Shown: positions 19,621 to 30,112 of the stretch, piece by piece | Position numbering within the stretch: position 1 is the first letter of the stretch | Layout: every line of letters begins with the position of its first letter | NCBI GenBank assembly: GCA_001823545.1 | Contig: MHUV01000007.1 | Location: 115 to 59,674 of the forward strand | DNA length: 59,560 nt | DNA from: Candidatus Yonathbacteria bacterium RIFCSPLOWO2_01_FULL_43_27 | Lineage (GTDB): Bacteria; Patescibacteriota; Minisyncoccia; Phycocordibacterales; UBA1550 | Direction of reading: 5' to 3' | Translations under genes and position numbers: made by a program | The notes under the pieces: model-generated | Database searches by the model: none | What the model saw: the letters and a program-made list of their open reading frames with translations, nothing else | What the model was told of the DNA's origin: nothing

Positions 19621-19652
19621 AGAGCGGGGACCCCCCTCCCCGCTCTTTTTTT
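19621..19652 (+). terminator. intrinsic terminator
   Basis: AGAGCGGGGA-N6-TCCCCGCTCT followed by T-run. Confidence 0.8.
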
Positions 19653-19665
19653 ATTTATATTTTTA

Positions 19666-20181
19666 TTATTTCATTACAAAACGATATTTCTTTTTAGCCC
19701 ACACTCCTGCATAGTCAACGCCAATACGCGTAGTCTTTTTTATTTTTTGTTCAGGAACTACAACCCCCTTATCTTCAATCCATAAACCACTTATTCGTAT
19801 TGCACGCAAACCATTCTGAGCACGCGTGATATGTAAAAATTTTGTAAGTCTTCCCGGCCCAACAATACCATCAGTACCACGAATAAGTACCGCCGCGGGA
19901 TACCCACGTGCTCCCGTGACGATGTTGAGCATCTCGTACATACCGTATACCAGATACACATACCATCGTCCTGCATCACCAAACATCACCGCATTTCGCT
20001 CGGTCTTTCCTTTGTGCGCATGCGAGGCTTTATCGCCAACCCCGTCATATGCCTCAACCTCGGTTATCATCACGGCGACATCTTTGCCTTGTATGCTCCG
20101 CACCAAATACTTACCAAGAAGCTCACGCGCAACAATGAGTGTATCCCGCTCAAAAAAACTTTTTCCTAACACTTTTTTCAT
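19666..20181 (-). CDS. mpg: 3-methyladenine DNA glycosylase (Mpg/AAG family)
   Basis: ARELLGK, ITEVEAY, YVYLVYGM, AVLIRG, GPGRL, RIGV. Confidence 0.93.
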   Translation of the reverse strand: MKKVLGKSFFERDTLIVARELLGKYLVRSIQGKDVAVMITEVEAYDGVGDKASHAHKGKTERNAVMFGDAGRWYVYLVYGMYEMLNIVTGARGYPAAVLIRGTDGIVGPGRLTKFLHITRAQNGLRAIRISGLWIEDKGVVVPEQKIKKTTRIGVDYAGVWAKKKYRFVMK

Positions 20182-20870
20182 TTGCTATTAAGATCATAGA
20201 TCACATCTTTGCGCTCAACCACGATCTGCCATCCATTGCGCTTTGCATGACGATAGAGCTTCATATTAGGGTTAAAACATATGGGATTTTCTACGAGCTC
20301 AAGAAAAGGAATATCACTTTCAGTGTCTCCTACCCCCACTGAAGCTTCGAGTGTCAAACCTTCCTTTTCTACGGCACGACGAAGAATTGCAGCCTTATTC
20401 TCAATCAAGTGTTCATCTTCAACACGTCCTGTAAAACAGTCGGTAGGGCCAAGTTCATAAAATCGCCCATATACTTTATCGAAACCAAGTTCCTTACAAA
20501 AAAGATCGAGAATGCCTTTAGGTGATTGAGAGATAGCGAGAATAAAATATTTTTTACGTTTTAGTTCGGCAATAAGGTCGGTAGTCATACGGTAGGTACG
20601 ATTACGATACCGGTCCACAACGATGTTTGCCGAACGATTGAAATCTTTGTACGATACTCCCTTGATATTTTTTACAAACACTTTTACTACGGCGCTAATA
20701 TATGAATCATAATCACCTTTACGATCAAGCCATCGTACCTTTTCTCGCGCATAATCAGCACGCACCGATACAGGAAAAATTTTCTCTTCAATGAGCACTT
20801 CTACGAGTTCAATCAATAAACTTGAACGAAAAATAGTACCATCAATATCAAAAATAGCAACGTTGCGCAT
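20178..20870 (-). CDS. HAD-IB family hydrolase
   Basis: FDIDGT, ISQS, K, VGDTESD motifs. Confidence 0.9.
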   Translation of the reverse strand: MRNVAIFDIDGTIFRSSLLIELVEVLIEEKIFPVSVRADYAREKVRWLDRKGDYDSYISAVVKVFVKNIKGVSYKDFNRSANIVVDRYRNRTYRMTTDLIAELKRKKYFILAISQSPKGILDLFCKELGFDKVYGRFYELGPTDCFTGRVEDEHLIENKAAILRRAVEKEGLTLEASVGVGDTESDIPFLELVENPICFNPNMKLYRHAKRNGWQIVVERKDVIYDLNSK

Positions 20871-20901
20871 ATCTATATAATATCACAATGCACAGCTGGA
20901 T

Positions 20902-20936
20902 AAAAAAACCGCCAGTTCCCTCGAAAGGAAACTGGC
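20902..20936 (-). terminator. intrinsic terminator
   Basis: GCCAGTT...AACTGGC stem with A-run on + strand. Confidence 0.65.
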
Positions 20937-20965
20937 AGCTTGTCAAAAAAAACGGCACTTAATTA

Positions 20966-21520
20966 TTAAGGGATTATCCCAGAAACTCCTCGTATTGCCT
21001 CGCGAAGACTTTCTCCCAGGCCTATGTATCCGACATGAAGTTCGGAAAAGTTATTACTCAGTTCGAACAACTCAAGTGCGTTTCTCTTAACCCTTGTTAT
21101 GTCAATAAGGGTTCCTTTGTTTTCTCTGACCATACAGCGCATACCTGGTGCGTTGCTCATTACGCCGAGATGTTCCTCGAGAAATTCGCTCACCTCGAAA
21201 TGAATGGGACTGGCCGGGACAAAGAGAACAAGAAACTGTCCTTGCTGGTTTTTCCAGACAAAAAAAGACATTTCTTTTTCTCTTGCCCAATAATCAAGAA
21301 ACGACGATACATGAGGGCTTCTAATCTCATTGAAGCACAACATTCTGTTCACTTCTATCGTCGCTTCATTCTCCAAAAGGCTCGGCATCTTATCCAGAGC
21401 GCTTTTTACGCAATACCCCCCTACCAATACGTCAGAGGGTTTTCCTGCAAGAATTCCTGTTATCCTCACCTGTGCTTTGGAATGTCTAACCAGTCCCTGC
21501 AACATTAAGGCTCTGTGCAT
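20966..21520 (-). CDS. hypothetical protein (orphan cassette)
   Basis: AGGAG SD, own promoter TGGTATACT and terminator. Confidence 0.65.
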   Translation of the reverse strand: MHRALMLQGLVRHSKAQVRITGILAGKPSDVLVGGYCVKSALDKMPSLLENEATIEVNRMLCFNEIRSPHVSSFLDYWAREKEMSFFVWKNQQGQFLVLFVPASPIHFEVSEFLEEHLGVMSNAPGMRCMVRENKGTLIDITRVKRNALELFELSNNFSELHVGYIGLGESLREAIRGVSGIIP

Positions 21521-21591
21521 ACCGTATACTCCTAATTTTTTTGAACTACCTTTTTTTAGTATACCACAAATATCAACAAAAAACAATAGCC

Positions 21592-21600
21592 TGTGGATAA
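21592..21600 (-). promoter_or_regulatory. perfect DnaA box
   Basis: TGTGGATAA = TTATCCACA on minus strand, upstream of orphan gene promoter. Confidence 0.5.
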
Positions 21601-21602
21601 CG

Positions 21603-23387
21603 CTAGTTCTTTCTCTGTGCTTTTACACGATCAAGTTCGGTGAGATATTGCTTGCGAAGACGAACGGATTTTGGCGTAATCTCCAAATACTCATCGCCAT
21701 TCATAAGCTCAAGTCCACGCTCGATAGTAAGCTCAAAAGGAGGCACGAGGGTAACCGCTTCATCTGAACCAGATGCGCGCATATTAGTAAGCTGTTTACC
21801 TTTGGTAGGATTAACCGACATTTCATCGCCTTTAGAGGTATTTCCTACTACCATTCCTTCGTAAACCTCGGTAGCTGGACCGATATACAACACACCACGC
21901 TCTTGGAGATTCCAGAGTGAAAATCCGAGTGCTTTTCCACTTGCCATAGAAACCATTGAACCTGCATCACGCTTCTTAATTTCGCCTGCAAATGGACGAA
22001 ACTCAATAAAACGACTGGAAAGAATTCCCTCACCTTTCGTATCGACAGTAAATTGTCCACGGAAACCAAGGAGACCACGCGTAGGAATTTCGTATACCAC
22101 ACGCGTAATACCATGCTCCTCTTTCATATTGGTCATCAGCCCTTTTCGCTTGTTGATTTTTTCAATAACCACACCGGAGCATTCGGTCGGCACATCAATA
22201 ATAAGCTCTTCGTATGGTTCAAGCTTAACACCTTTTTCTTCTTTAATAATAACCTGTGGTTGTGATACCTGCAGTTCAAATCCTTCACGGCGCATTTGTT
22301 CAAGGAGGATAGAAATGTGGAGTTCACCACGACCATACACTTTGAAAGAATCCATTGCAGAAAAATCAACACGGAGGCCCACATTCACCTCAAGCTCACG
22401 CTCAAGACGATCACGAATCTGACGAATCGTAACAAATTTTCCTTCACGGCCTGCAAATGAGGAATCATTTACCAATAAGTTAAGGGAGATAGTAGGCTCA
22501 TCGATTTTGATAGCAGGAAGTGGCTCTTGGTCAGCGTTCGCGCAGATCGTCTCACCAATATAAATATCAGGAAGTCCTGCAACCATTACAATATCTCCAG
22601 CTATTGCCTCTGCGACTTCTTTGCGCTCGGTTCCCTCGTGGGTACAGAGTTTCGTAATGCGTCCTGTGCGCGTTTCGCCGTTAGACTTTTTTATTACCAC
22701 AGCTTCTCCTGCATGAATAGTTCCTTCGTAGATGCGTCCAATAGCAAGACGTCCGAGGAAATTGTCGTACCCAAGGTTAAATGGTTGCATACGGAGTGGT
22801 ACTGAAGTATTTGCTTGCGCAGGTGGTACCTGTTCGAGGATAACATCAAGAAGTGGCGTAAGATCTTTTGAATCCTCCTCAAGTGTTCTTTTTGCAATAC
22901 CCTGACGACCAATAGCATACACAGTGGTAAAATTGAGCTGTTCATCGGTTGCGCCGAGCTCGAAAAAGAGTTCGAATACCTCATCATGCACTTCCTTAGG
23001 ACGTGCTGCTGGTTTATCAATTTTATTCAACACGACAATCGGTTTAAGACCGAGCTCGAGAGATTTCTTGAGCACGAAACGTGTCTGAGGCATAGGACCT
23101 TCTTGTGCATCCACAAGGAGAAGCACGGTATCAATAGAACGAAGCACACGCTCTACTTCAGAACCAAAGTCCGCGTGTCCAGGAGTGTCTACGATATTAA
23201 TTTTTGTATTCTTATAGAACACAGAAGTATTCTTTGCATAGATCGTAATACCACGCTCAAGCTCGAGTGCATTTGAGTCCATCGAAACTCCCTCACCTAC
23301 CATTCCTGTCTGGCGCATCAAGGCATCGGTCAAGGTGGTCTTGCCATGGTCTACGTGTGCGATAATTGCAATGTTTCTGATTTCCAT
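21603..23387 (-). CDS. typA: translational GTPase TypA/BipA
   Basis: [49 protein letters not shown]. Confidence 0.97.
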   Translation of the reverse strand: MEIRNIAIIAHVDHGKTTLTDALMRQTGMVGEGVSMDSNALELERGITIYAKNTSVFYKNTKINIVDTPGHADFGSEVERVLRSIDTVLLLVDAQEGPMPQTRFVLKKSLELGLKPIVVLNKIDKPAARPKEVHDEVFELFFELGATDEQLNFTTVYAIGRQGIAKRTLEEDSKDLTPLLDVILEQVPPAQANTSVPLRMQPFNLGYDNFLGRLAIGRIYEGTIHAGEAVVIKKSNGETRTGRITKLCTHEGTERKEVAEAIAGDIVMVAGLPDIYIGETICANADQEPLPAIKIDEPTISLNLLVNDSSFAGREGKFVTIRQIRDRLERELEVNVGLRVDFSAMDSFKVYGRGELHISILLEQMRREGFELQVSQPQVIIKEEKGVKLEPYEELIIDVPTECSGVVIEKINKRKGLMTNMKEEHGITRVVYEIPTRGLLGFRGQFTVDTKGEGILSSRFIEFRPFAGEIKKRDAGSMVSMASGKALGFSLWNLQERGVLYIGPATEVYEGMVVGNTSKGDEMSVNPTKGKQLTNMRASGSDEAVTLVPPFELTIERGLELMNGDEYLEITPKSVRLRKQYLTELDRVKAQRKN

Positions 23388-23608
23388 AATGAATAATTTA
23401 TATAAATGTGGTAATAACGGTTATGCGTATGCTCTGCCAACAAATAAAAAATCCGCACAAAGCGGAAGTTAATTCCTAGATAGTTACTATACCAAATATA
23501 AGTTTAATGGTCAACATTGTTACGGCGTAACCATTATGTAAATTGACTTAAACGCACGAAATTAGTATAATATTTAAAGAATAAAATAACCAAAAGGAGG
23601 GCGCTGTA

Positions 23609-24040
23609 TTGAAGATCCGAACAAAAAGAGACTGCTCAAAAGCAGCAAAATTGATTGGAGAGGAAGATATTACCGCCCTCATAATCGCAGAAGCATTTGG
23701 ACTCTCGGAGAACGAAGAGGTCACAAAAAGAAAAGCAATGCGATTGAAACTTGAAACAGCAACATCACAGAAAGAGCTCTGGGAAGTGCTTGATGAGTCT
23801 TCGCGAGGTTCTGAAATAGAACTCGAAGCACTTAAAAAACTTCTCGAGAATGCCCACACCCAAGAAGAACGATGGGCTGTCCTTTCCGAGACTTACGCGA
23901 GTTCAGAAATAAAATTCAAGATTGTACGTGAAATTATTTCTCATGATACCTCACAAGACGAACTTGTTAGGATTTACCGAGAGAACCCCCTCAGTGAACT
24001 CAGCGAGGAAGCACTTCGTAAACTTTGTGAAATACTATAA
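23609..24040 (+). CDS. helical repeat hypothetical protein
   Basis: AAGGAGG SD with TTG start; ~31-aa repeats (T.Q.E...V......SE......K); terminator follows. Confidence 0.7.
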   Translation: MKIRTKRDCSKAAKLIGEEDITALIIAEAFGLSENEEVTKRKAMRLKLETATSQKELWEVLDESSRGSEIELEALKKLLENAHTQEERWAVLSETYASSEIKFKIVREIISHDTSQDELVRIYRENPLSELSEEALRKLCEIL

Positions 24041-24042
24041 TA

Positions 24043-24078
24043 CCCCGGCACACCTTGTGGTGCCGGGGATTTGTTTTT
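24043..24078. terminator. intrinsic terminator between convergent genes
   Basis: CCCCGGCAC-N8-GTGCCGGGG followed by T-rich tract. Confidence 0.75.
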
Positions 24079-24083
24079 AATAA

Positions 24084-25628
24084 CTATTTTACCACTACGG
24101 CTTGATCGGTAACACCAGGGATTGCATTGATATGTGTTATCAATTTATCAGCATCCCAATACTCGTATTCTGCACCACTCAAAGGGTCGTGGAGATAGAA
24201 TCCTGCGGGAAACTCGACCGAGCCATACACACCCACGACAAGGCGCGCATGCTCGCCAAAATTTGCCGTAATTTCTTTTCCTTCTGGCGTCTTCCATGTT
24301 GTTACCCCCGCCCCGAGAGATGTATATCCCCACAGTACAATAGGGTATCCTTCTCTAATGTTTTTTGCAAGAAATTTTGGTGTAATTGCTGATGCTTTTA
24401 CATATTCAGCGTTTCGCCCAAACTTCGTTGCCGCCAGCGCGACAGGCTCGCCATATACACCATATCCTTCACCATTATCTTTTGAAGCATCCCCGACAAA
24501 CATCTTGTGAGGGTCATCCCATACGTTATTTTCTTTATCTTTTGAGCGTGGGTTGTATCCCATTTTTTGAATAATTGCCATATCATCAGTACTAATACCA
24601 TAGTATGCTAGTGCCATACGGAGCGATGCCGCTTCACAACTTCGTGAATATAATTGTTTAAAATAAGGAACATCGAGCTTATAAACTTCTGGCGCAGTTA
24701 CGAAAGAAATACTTACTTTTTCCTTGCTTGGTAAACCAAATTTTGCCTGCACGCCTGGCGTAATCGATGCTACGTATCGTTTTTGAGGTTCAAGTTTCTT
24801 TGGCGTAAAAATCAACTTTTCTTCTTCCCATGAAAATACTCCTGATGTCTCTGGTGACAACTGAAAAGCTTTTTCGGCACTTGCTTTATCCACCGGCTGA
24901 TTAAAAGAAACTTCAATCGGTGTCCGTGTCCCGTGCTCATGCGATATTGAAGAAAATGAAGCAACCACATACCCCGGAGAAGCAATGGTGCGAACGTCAT
25001 CTACGGTTACTACCCCACCCTCCTCTCCACGTATACCTTGTAATAGTTTTACAAGGTATGTCTTACCGCCAATTACTTCACTGACCGTATGTTCATAGGT
25101 GAGAGAGTCAACCCACGTCCCTTCTCCAGGAACATCGAAAAAAAGAGTAGATGACTCTCTCTTCATCGGTACATTAAAGGTAACTCGTATTTTGTCCCCA
25201 GGAAGTACTGGTTTCTTTGTAGAAAAATCCACGATCTTTGGCTCAATAGAAGATGGGGCTACTGAAAATGTTATCGAGGAAAGATGATTAGGTTCTCTCT
25301 CTCCATATCCCTGCGCAATAGAAATATCTGCAGTATACACCTCGCCTTTCATAAAAGAACTACTTGGCTTAAACGTAAGCGCAGTAACACCGAACATGCC
25401 CTTGTGAGCATACCACGAACCAGAAACAGCGGGCACAATACGTGCGCGCGTAATACGCACGTCCCTTCCGAAGGAAATCGTCCATTCATCAGTACTGCCA
25501 ATTCCTTCTTTCTTATATTCAAGAACTAAAGGAAGCTCTGTACGAACAACGTACACACCAGCAAAAAACACGCCGGCTATTACAAAGAGAACTATTGGCA
25601 AAGTAAGAACTAATTTTAGTGAAGACAT
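24084..25628 (-). CDS. membrane-anchored C39-like cysteine peptidase with Ig-like (Big_5) domains
   Basis: N-terminal TM; I.V.FNQPVD Ig-like repeats; LDVPYFKQ...SCEAASL, EHARLVVG, HDP catalytic motifs. Confidence 0.85.
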   Translation of the reverse strand: MSSLKLVLTLPIVLFVIAGVFFAGVYVVRTELPLVLEYKKEGIGSTDEWTISFGRDVRITRARIVPAVSGSWYAHKGMFGVTALTFKPSSSFMKGEVYTADISIAQGYGEREPNHLSSITFSVAPSSIEPKIVDFSTKKPVLPGDKIRVTFNVPMKRESSTLFFDVPGEGTWVDSLTYEHTVSEVIGGKTYLVKLLQGIRGEEGGVVTVDDVRTIASPGYVVASFSSISHEHGTRTPIEVSFNQPVDKASAEKAFQLSPETSGVFSWEEEKLIFTPKKLEPQKRYVASITPGVQAKFGLPSKEKVSISFVTAPEVYKLDVPYFKQLYSRSCEAASLRMALAYYGISTDDMAIIQKMGYNPRSKDKENNVWDDPHKMFVGDASKDNGEGYGVYGEPVALAATKFGRNAEYVKASAITPKFLAKNIREGYPIVLWGYTSLGAGVTTWKTPEGKEITANFGEHARLVVGVYGSVEFPAGFYLHDPLSGAEYEYWDADKLITHINAIPGVTDQAVVVK

Positions 25629-25666
25629 TGTACTATATAGAAATTAACTAAAAGTCCATTACCGTC

Positions 25667-27070
25667 TTAACTACTCACTCCTTTCAAGAAATCAATATTA
25701 TCTTGGATGCTCTCAGCTTTTTTCAAAACTTGATTGCCATAAAATGTATTTGCGGGACGCGCATTATCACACTTTCGCCCAGAGTAATACCTACATGCTG
25801 CGTTTCTTTCTGCGGTATATCCACCATTGTCAGCACCAAGGTCAGAAAGGTAAATTGCAGTTGCAGTAAACGCATGTGCAGGATCCCATGGGTTTGCACT
25901 TTGAGCGCTCACCCCAACAGCCGAAGCAATACGCTCCTTAAAAAGCTCCCATGTTGAGGGAATAAACTGCGAAGGCCCCATACCACCACCGAACCCACGT
26001 CCTTTGTAATAGCGCGCCTCAGGAGGACACGATACCGGGGTCTTCTTCCAATCGAAACCTAAACGATCAGTAATTTTTTTGAACGGATCAGTATCACGTG
26101 GTGCTTTCATTACCTGACTGAATACCGTACCAGTGTTTTTACCCACACCATCCCCCGAATCGAGATCAGAGACGAGACATGAACCAACATTTTTTCCAAG
26201 ATCTGATTCTTGCGTCAAAATAGCGAGCACGAGCGCAGGACGCACATTCGTTGCTTTTGCAGCGATATTTGCATATTCAAGCGCCTTCTCGAACGGAATT
26301 CCTTCAGTATCGCGAAGAGAGAACAATGCTGCACGAATCTGCGCAGCCTTCTTCTGCTTTTCTTTTAACTCTTTTTGGTATGCTGCTTCTTTTCCTTTCG
26401 TTTCTTTGAGAATACGTTGCTTTTCTGCTTCATTAGCTTCTGTTTTCTTTTTCTCTAACTCTTGCTGATAACGCAAATCAGCTTCTTTATTTTTCTTCTG
26501 TTCAAGAAGCGTTTTCTCTTCTTCGGTCATTTTTTTTGTAGCACCAATTTCAACAAGTGAATCATAGATTGATTCCTCTATATACTCGAAATCATCAATA
26601 TCAGCAAAAAATTCAGAAATAGGTTGGTCTGAAAGAGCAATCTCAACAAGCGAATACGAATCAATCTCATCAGTGCGACGAAGTAACCCCGCAAGCGAAT
26701 CGCGCTCGCGTTCAATTTTTTGCGTTAAATTTCCAATTGTTTTATTTTTTACCACAATATCCTCGGTAAGGTTATTGATGGAAGCCGTGCGCATTTTAAT
26801 TGCGAGTTTTGCCTGTTTTATTTTATTGTTCAAAAGCGTAATATCGCGAGAAAGCGTTGTTTTCTCTTTTCCTGTTTTTTCAATATTCGCCTCAAGAATC
26901 ATTGACTCTTTCTCACACGCCACAAGCGCATCCATAAGCTGTTCCTTAGTAAGACCATTGAAATTATCAGGGCATACTGTTTCCGCTTGTACCATCACGC
27001 CAAAAACCCATAGAGAGATCATAGGGAGCAAAAAAAGTATTTTGTATTTTGCGAGAAAATGTTTATGCAT
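25667..27070 (-). CDS. coiled-coil lytic transglycosylase (SLT/MltB-like)
   Basis: Signal peptide, coiled coil, LAILTQES, GGMGPSQFIPSTW, NPWDP..A..ATA.YL. Confidence 0.88.
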   Translation of the reverse strand: MHKHFLAKYKILFLLPMISLWVFGVMVQAETVCPDNFNGLTKEQLMDALVACEKESMILEANIEKTGKEKTTLSRDITLLNNKIKQAKLAIKMRTASINNLTEDIVVKNKTIGNLTQKIERERDSLAGLLRRTDEIDSYSLVEIALSDQPISEFFADIDDFEYIEESIYDSLVEIGATKKMTEEEKTLLEQKKNKEADLRYQQELEKKKTEANEAEKQRILKETKGKEAAYQKELKEKQKKAAQIRAALFSLRDTEGIPFEKALEYANIAAKATNVRPALVLAILTQESDLGKNVGSCLVSDLDSGDGVGKNTGTVFSQVMKAPRDTDPFKKITDRLGFDWKKTPVSCPPEARYYKGRGFGGGMGPSQFIPSTWELFKERIASAVGVSAQSANPWDPAHAFTATAIYLSDLGADNGGYTAERNAACRYYSGRKCDNARPANTFYGNQVLKKAESIQDNIDFLKGVSS

Positions 27071-27158
27071 ACGTATTTTTTACAACAACCAACACTGCTC
27101 ATTATAACAAAAAAATCCACATTTGTATGTGGATTTTTTTGTACATAAATCGTCGTAT

Positions 27159-27800
27159 TTATTTTTCTGCAGGAGCCTCTTCTTCTTCCTCTTTTTTGCC
27201 TTTCTTTTCAACCTCGATCTGAGAAATATCCATTGCAGGTGCCTCAACTGGCTCATCTTTTCCAACAGTTATTGACACTACCACATCATCTGGATCGGTA
27301 ATAAGTGTAACGCCTTTTGAAAGAATGATGTCTTTCGCGAGAATCTGACTATCAAGAGCCTCGAGTTTTGAAATATCAACCACCACATTATGAGGAAGGT
27401 TTTCTGGGAGTGCCTTCACTTCGAGCTCATACAATACCTTTACCAAGGTACCACCGAGAGATTTTACTGCTTCTGAAACTCCCACAAATTCAATAGGCGT
27501 ATGTACCGTTACTTCTGCACCCTTTTCTATAGCATAAAAATCAACATGAATAGGGAGGCCACGAATTGGTTCCTTTTGTACTTCGTGAATAAGAGCGCTC
27601 ACCTTTCCTTTTGGCATCTCAAGGGTAATCACGGTTGACTCACCAGCCTCCTTCCAAACTTTTACAAACTCATTTATTGGGAAAACGCAAAGTGTTGCCT
27701 TTTCCTTGTGTCCATAATATACGCCAGGAATAAAACCCTGCTTGCGGATTTGTCCAAGCTTGGTCTTTCCTTCACGAATTTCTCCTTTTAGGGTAATCAT
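27159..27800 (-). CDS. rplY: 50S ribosomal protein bL25 (Ctc form)
   Basis: R..GFIPGVYYG, HVDFY, GG.L, acidic tail. Confidence 0.95.
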   Translation of the reverse strand: MITLKGEIREGKTKLGQIRKQGFIPGVYYGHKEKATLCVFPINEFVKVWKEAGESTVITLEMPKGKVSALIHEVQKEPIRGLPIHVDFYAIEKGAEVTVHTPIEFVGVSEAVKSLGGTLVKVLYELEVKALPENLPHNVVVDISKLEALDSQILAKDIILSKGVTLITDPDDVVVSITVGKDEPVEAPAMDISQIEVEKKGKKEEEEEAPAEK

Positions 27801-27895
27801 AGTGGGTAGTATACGGATTTAAAGAAAAAAAGCAACTGATAATGAGATTTATTATGCCACCGAACCATTTTTACACAATACTCATCAAAACTATC

Positions 27896-28771
27896 TTATA
27901 GCTTGCCTGAAAACAATCTCAAACGTCTTTCAATAACTGCAGTCATAGCATCAACGCCAGGCTTGCCAAATTTATAAGGTGCAGTCTCATCTGGGTGCTC
28001 TACAAAGAATGCTTTCAATGCTTGTTGGTACGCAACACGAATTTCAGTATTGATATGTACCACACTGATACCTGCCTTTATCGCCGAGACAAAGTCTTCA
28101 TCACTGGTACCAGACCCACCATGAAGCACCAGAGGTACGCCCGATGCCTGACGTATTTCACGAACACGCTCGATATTCAATCGTGGTTCGGGTGCATTGC
28201 GAAGCATCCCATGAATATTCCCCACTGCAGGCGCAAAAAGATCGATACCGGTTTCCTCAACAAAACGCTTCGCTTCTTCGTTGGTCGTAAGATTATCAAA
28301 TGACACACCTTCGGGAACCGCATCAAGCACTTTTGAACCAGAGCCAATATATCCAAGCTCTGCCTCAACAATGATTTCTGGATTTACGCTTCGTGCATAA
28401 TCTACGCATTGTTTCGTAATGCGTGCATTTTCTTCAAACGAAAGTTTGGCACCATCAAAAATAACTGCGTCATATCCCGCATCGATCACCTCTTTTACAC
28501 GTTCAAACGAGTACGTGTGGTCAGCGTTGAGATACACAGGGTAATTCAATTCTTCACGAACACTCCTTACCATCGCAGCCACTTGTCGTATACCAATAAA
28601 ATCACGTTCGCCCTCAGAAACGCCAATAATAACCGGTACTCCTACGGCACGTGCGCCATTGACGACCCCCCAAAAACCCTGGCTATCGGAAATATTAAAA
28701 TGACCTATAGCAGTGCCTGCGTTTCCTGCTTCGGCAATTGCTTCTCGTAATGTTGGTATGGTGGTAGTCAT
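27896..28771 (-). CDS. fba: class II fructose-bisphosphate aldolase
   Basis: LNADH, VEAELG, AVGNIHG, PLVLHGGSG, INTE. Confidence 0.93.
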   Translation of the reverse strand: MTTTIPTLREAIAEAGNAGTAIGHFNISDSQGFWGVVNGARAVGVPVIIGVSEGERDFIGIRQVAAMVRSVREELNYPVYLNADHTYSFERVKEVIDAGYDAVIFDGAKLSFEENARITKQCVDYARSVNPEIIVEAELGYIGSGSKVLDAVPEGVSFDNLTTNEEAKRFVEETGIDLFAPAVGNIHGMLRNAPEPRLNIERVREIRQASGVPLVLHGGSGTSDEDFVSAIKAGISVVHINTEIRVAYQQALKAFFVEHPDETAPYKFGKPGVDAMTAVIERRLRLFSGKL

Positions 28772-28788
28772 ACGGTTATAAAGTTAAA

Positions 28789-28950
28789 TTACAATTTTGA
28801 ACTATCCTGCATTGAATAGAAATCATTGATTTTATCCATTACTGCAGATTTAGCTTCAGGTACCCCTTGCTTTTTACGTGCAATGCGATATCCAAGCGAA
28901 CAAACAAAACCAACCCCCAATGCAATTCCTCCGTACAAAATAATATCCAT
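28789..28950 (-). CDS. small single-TM protein (53 aa, below ORF-track cutoff)
   Basis: Manual translation MDIILYGGIALGVGFVCSLGYRIARKKQGVPEAKSAVMDKINDFYSMQDSSKL*. Confidence 0.55.
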   Translation of the reverse strand: MDIILYGGIALGVGFVCSLGYRIARKKQGVPEAKSAVMDKINDFYSMQDSSKL

Positions 28951-29052
28951 AGTACCTACGTATAATAATTATTTTCTATTAATGTTCATATTCTACCACA
29001 AGATACCTCTCTATGATACAATATCCCTAATTATTCAGTAATTATTTTTAAT

Positions 29053-30054
29053 ATGGAACAACAACTTGATTTTGTAGCGATTGGGGACACGGTCGTCGAT
29101 GCGTTCATACGACTAAAAGAGGCACATATAGACAACGGACATCGCGTTGATGTCGCAAACCGTGAAATTTGTATGGTGTTTGGTACAAAAATTCCTTATG
29201 ATTTTGTAAATGTACTCTACGCAGTTGGCAATAGCGCTAATGCGTCCGTATCAGCATCACGCCTCGGTCTCAAGAGTGCCCTTATTTCAAACGTAGGCGC
29301 TGACGAGGACGGCAAAAAATGCTTGGAATCACTTCAAAAAGATGGTGTCGACATTCGTTATATGCGTACCCACGACGGAATGAAGACCAACTATCACTAT
29401 GTATTGTGGCTTGGTGACGAGCGCACGATTCTTATCAAACACGAGGATTTCCCCTACACACTCCCCCTAGAAACTCCAGGACCACGCTGGCTCTACCTCT
29501 CCTCGCTCAACGAGCAATCACTTCCCTTCCATAATGAAATTGCAAAGTATCTCGCAGAACATCCAGAAACAAAACTTGCATTTCAACCAGGAACATTCCA
29601 GATAAAGCTTGGTGTGGAGAAACTCAAAGACCTCTACGCACACACAGAAGTATTTTTCTGTAACGTTGAAGAGGCACGTATCATCCTTAATACAGATGAG
29701 CCTGAACCAAAAAATCTCGCGCGTATGATGACAACGTTTGGCCCAAAGATTGTGGTCATTACTGACGGACCAAACGGCGCGTATGTATTTGATGGCACCG
29801 ACGTATGGTATATGCCGGTTTATCCAGACCCTGCACCACCGTATGATCGTACGGGCGCGGGCGACTCATTTGCCTCGACATTTGTTTCCGCACTTGCCCT
29901 TGGAAAAACGCCTGCAGAAGCAATCGCATGGGCACCCATCAACTCGATGTCTGTGGTGCAAAAAGTAGGCGCACAAGAAGGTCTTCTCAAGCGTACCGAA
30001 TTAGAAAAATATCTTTCTGAAGCACCAGAGCATTACAAAGCAGTGAAATTATAA
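29053..30054 (+). CDS. PfkB family carbohydrate kinase
   Basis: GNSANA....SRLG, N.EEA, ITDG.NGA, DRTGAGDSF. Confidence 0.92.
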   Translation: MEQQLDFVAIGDTVVDAFIRLKEAHIDNGHRVDVANREICMVFGTKIPYDFVNVLYAVGNSANASVSASRLGLKSALISNVGADEDGKKCLESLQKDGVDIRYMRTHDGMKTNYHYVLWLGDERTILIKHEDFPYTLPLETPGPRWLYLSSLNEQSLPFHNEIAKYLAEHPETKLAFQPGTFQIKLGVEKLKDLYAHTEVFFCNVEEARIILNTDEPEPKNLARMMTTFGPKIVVITDGPNGAYVFDGTDVWYMPVYPDPAPPYDRTGAGDSFASTFVSALALGKTPAEAIAWAPINSMSVVQKVGAQEGLLKRTELEKYLSEAPEHYKAVKL

Positions 30055-30061
30055 AATAAAT

Positions 30062-30093
30062 AAAACCGCAGGCAATAACACCTGCGGTTTTTT
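30062..30093. terminator. bidirectional terminator
   Basis: AAAACCGCAGG-N8-CCTGCGGTTTT. Confidence 0.8.
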
Positions 30094-30112
30094 GTACATA
30101 CTGGCACCTCTA

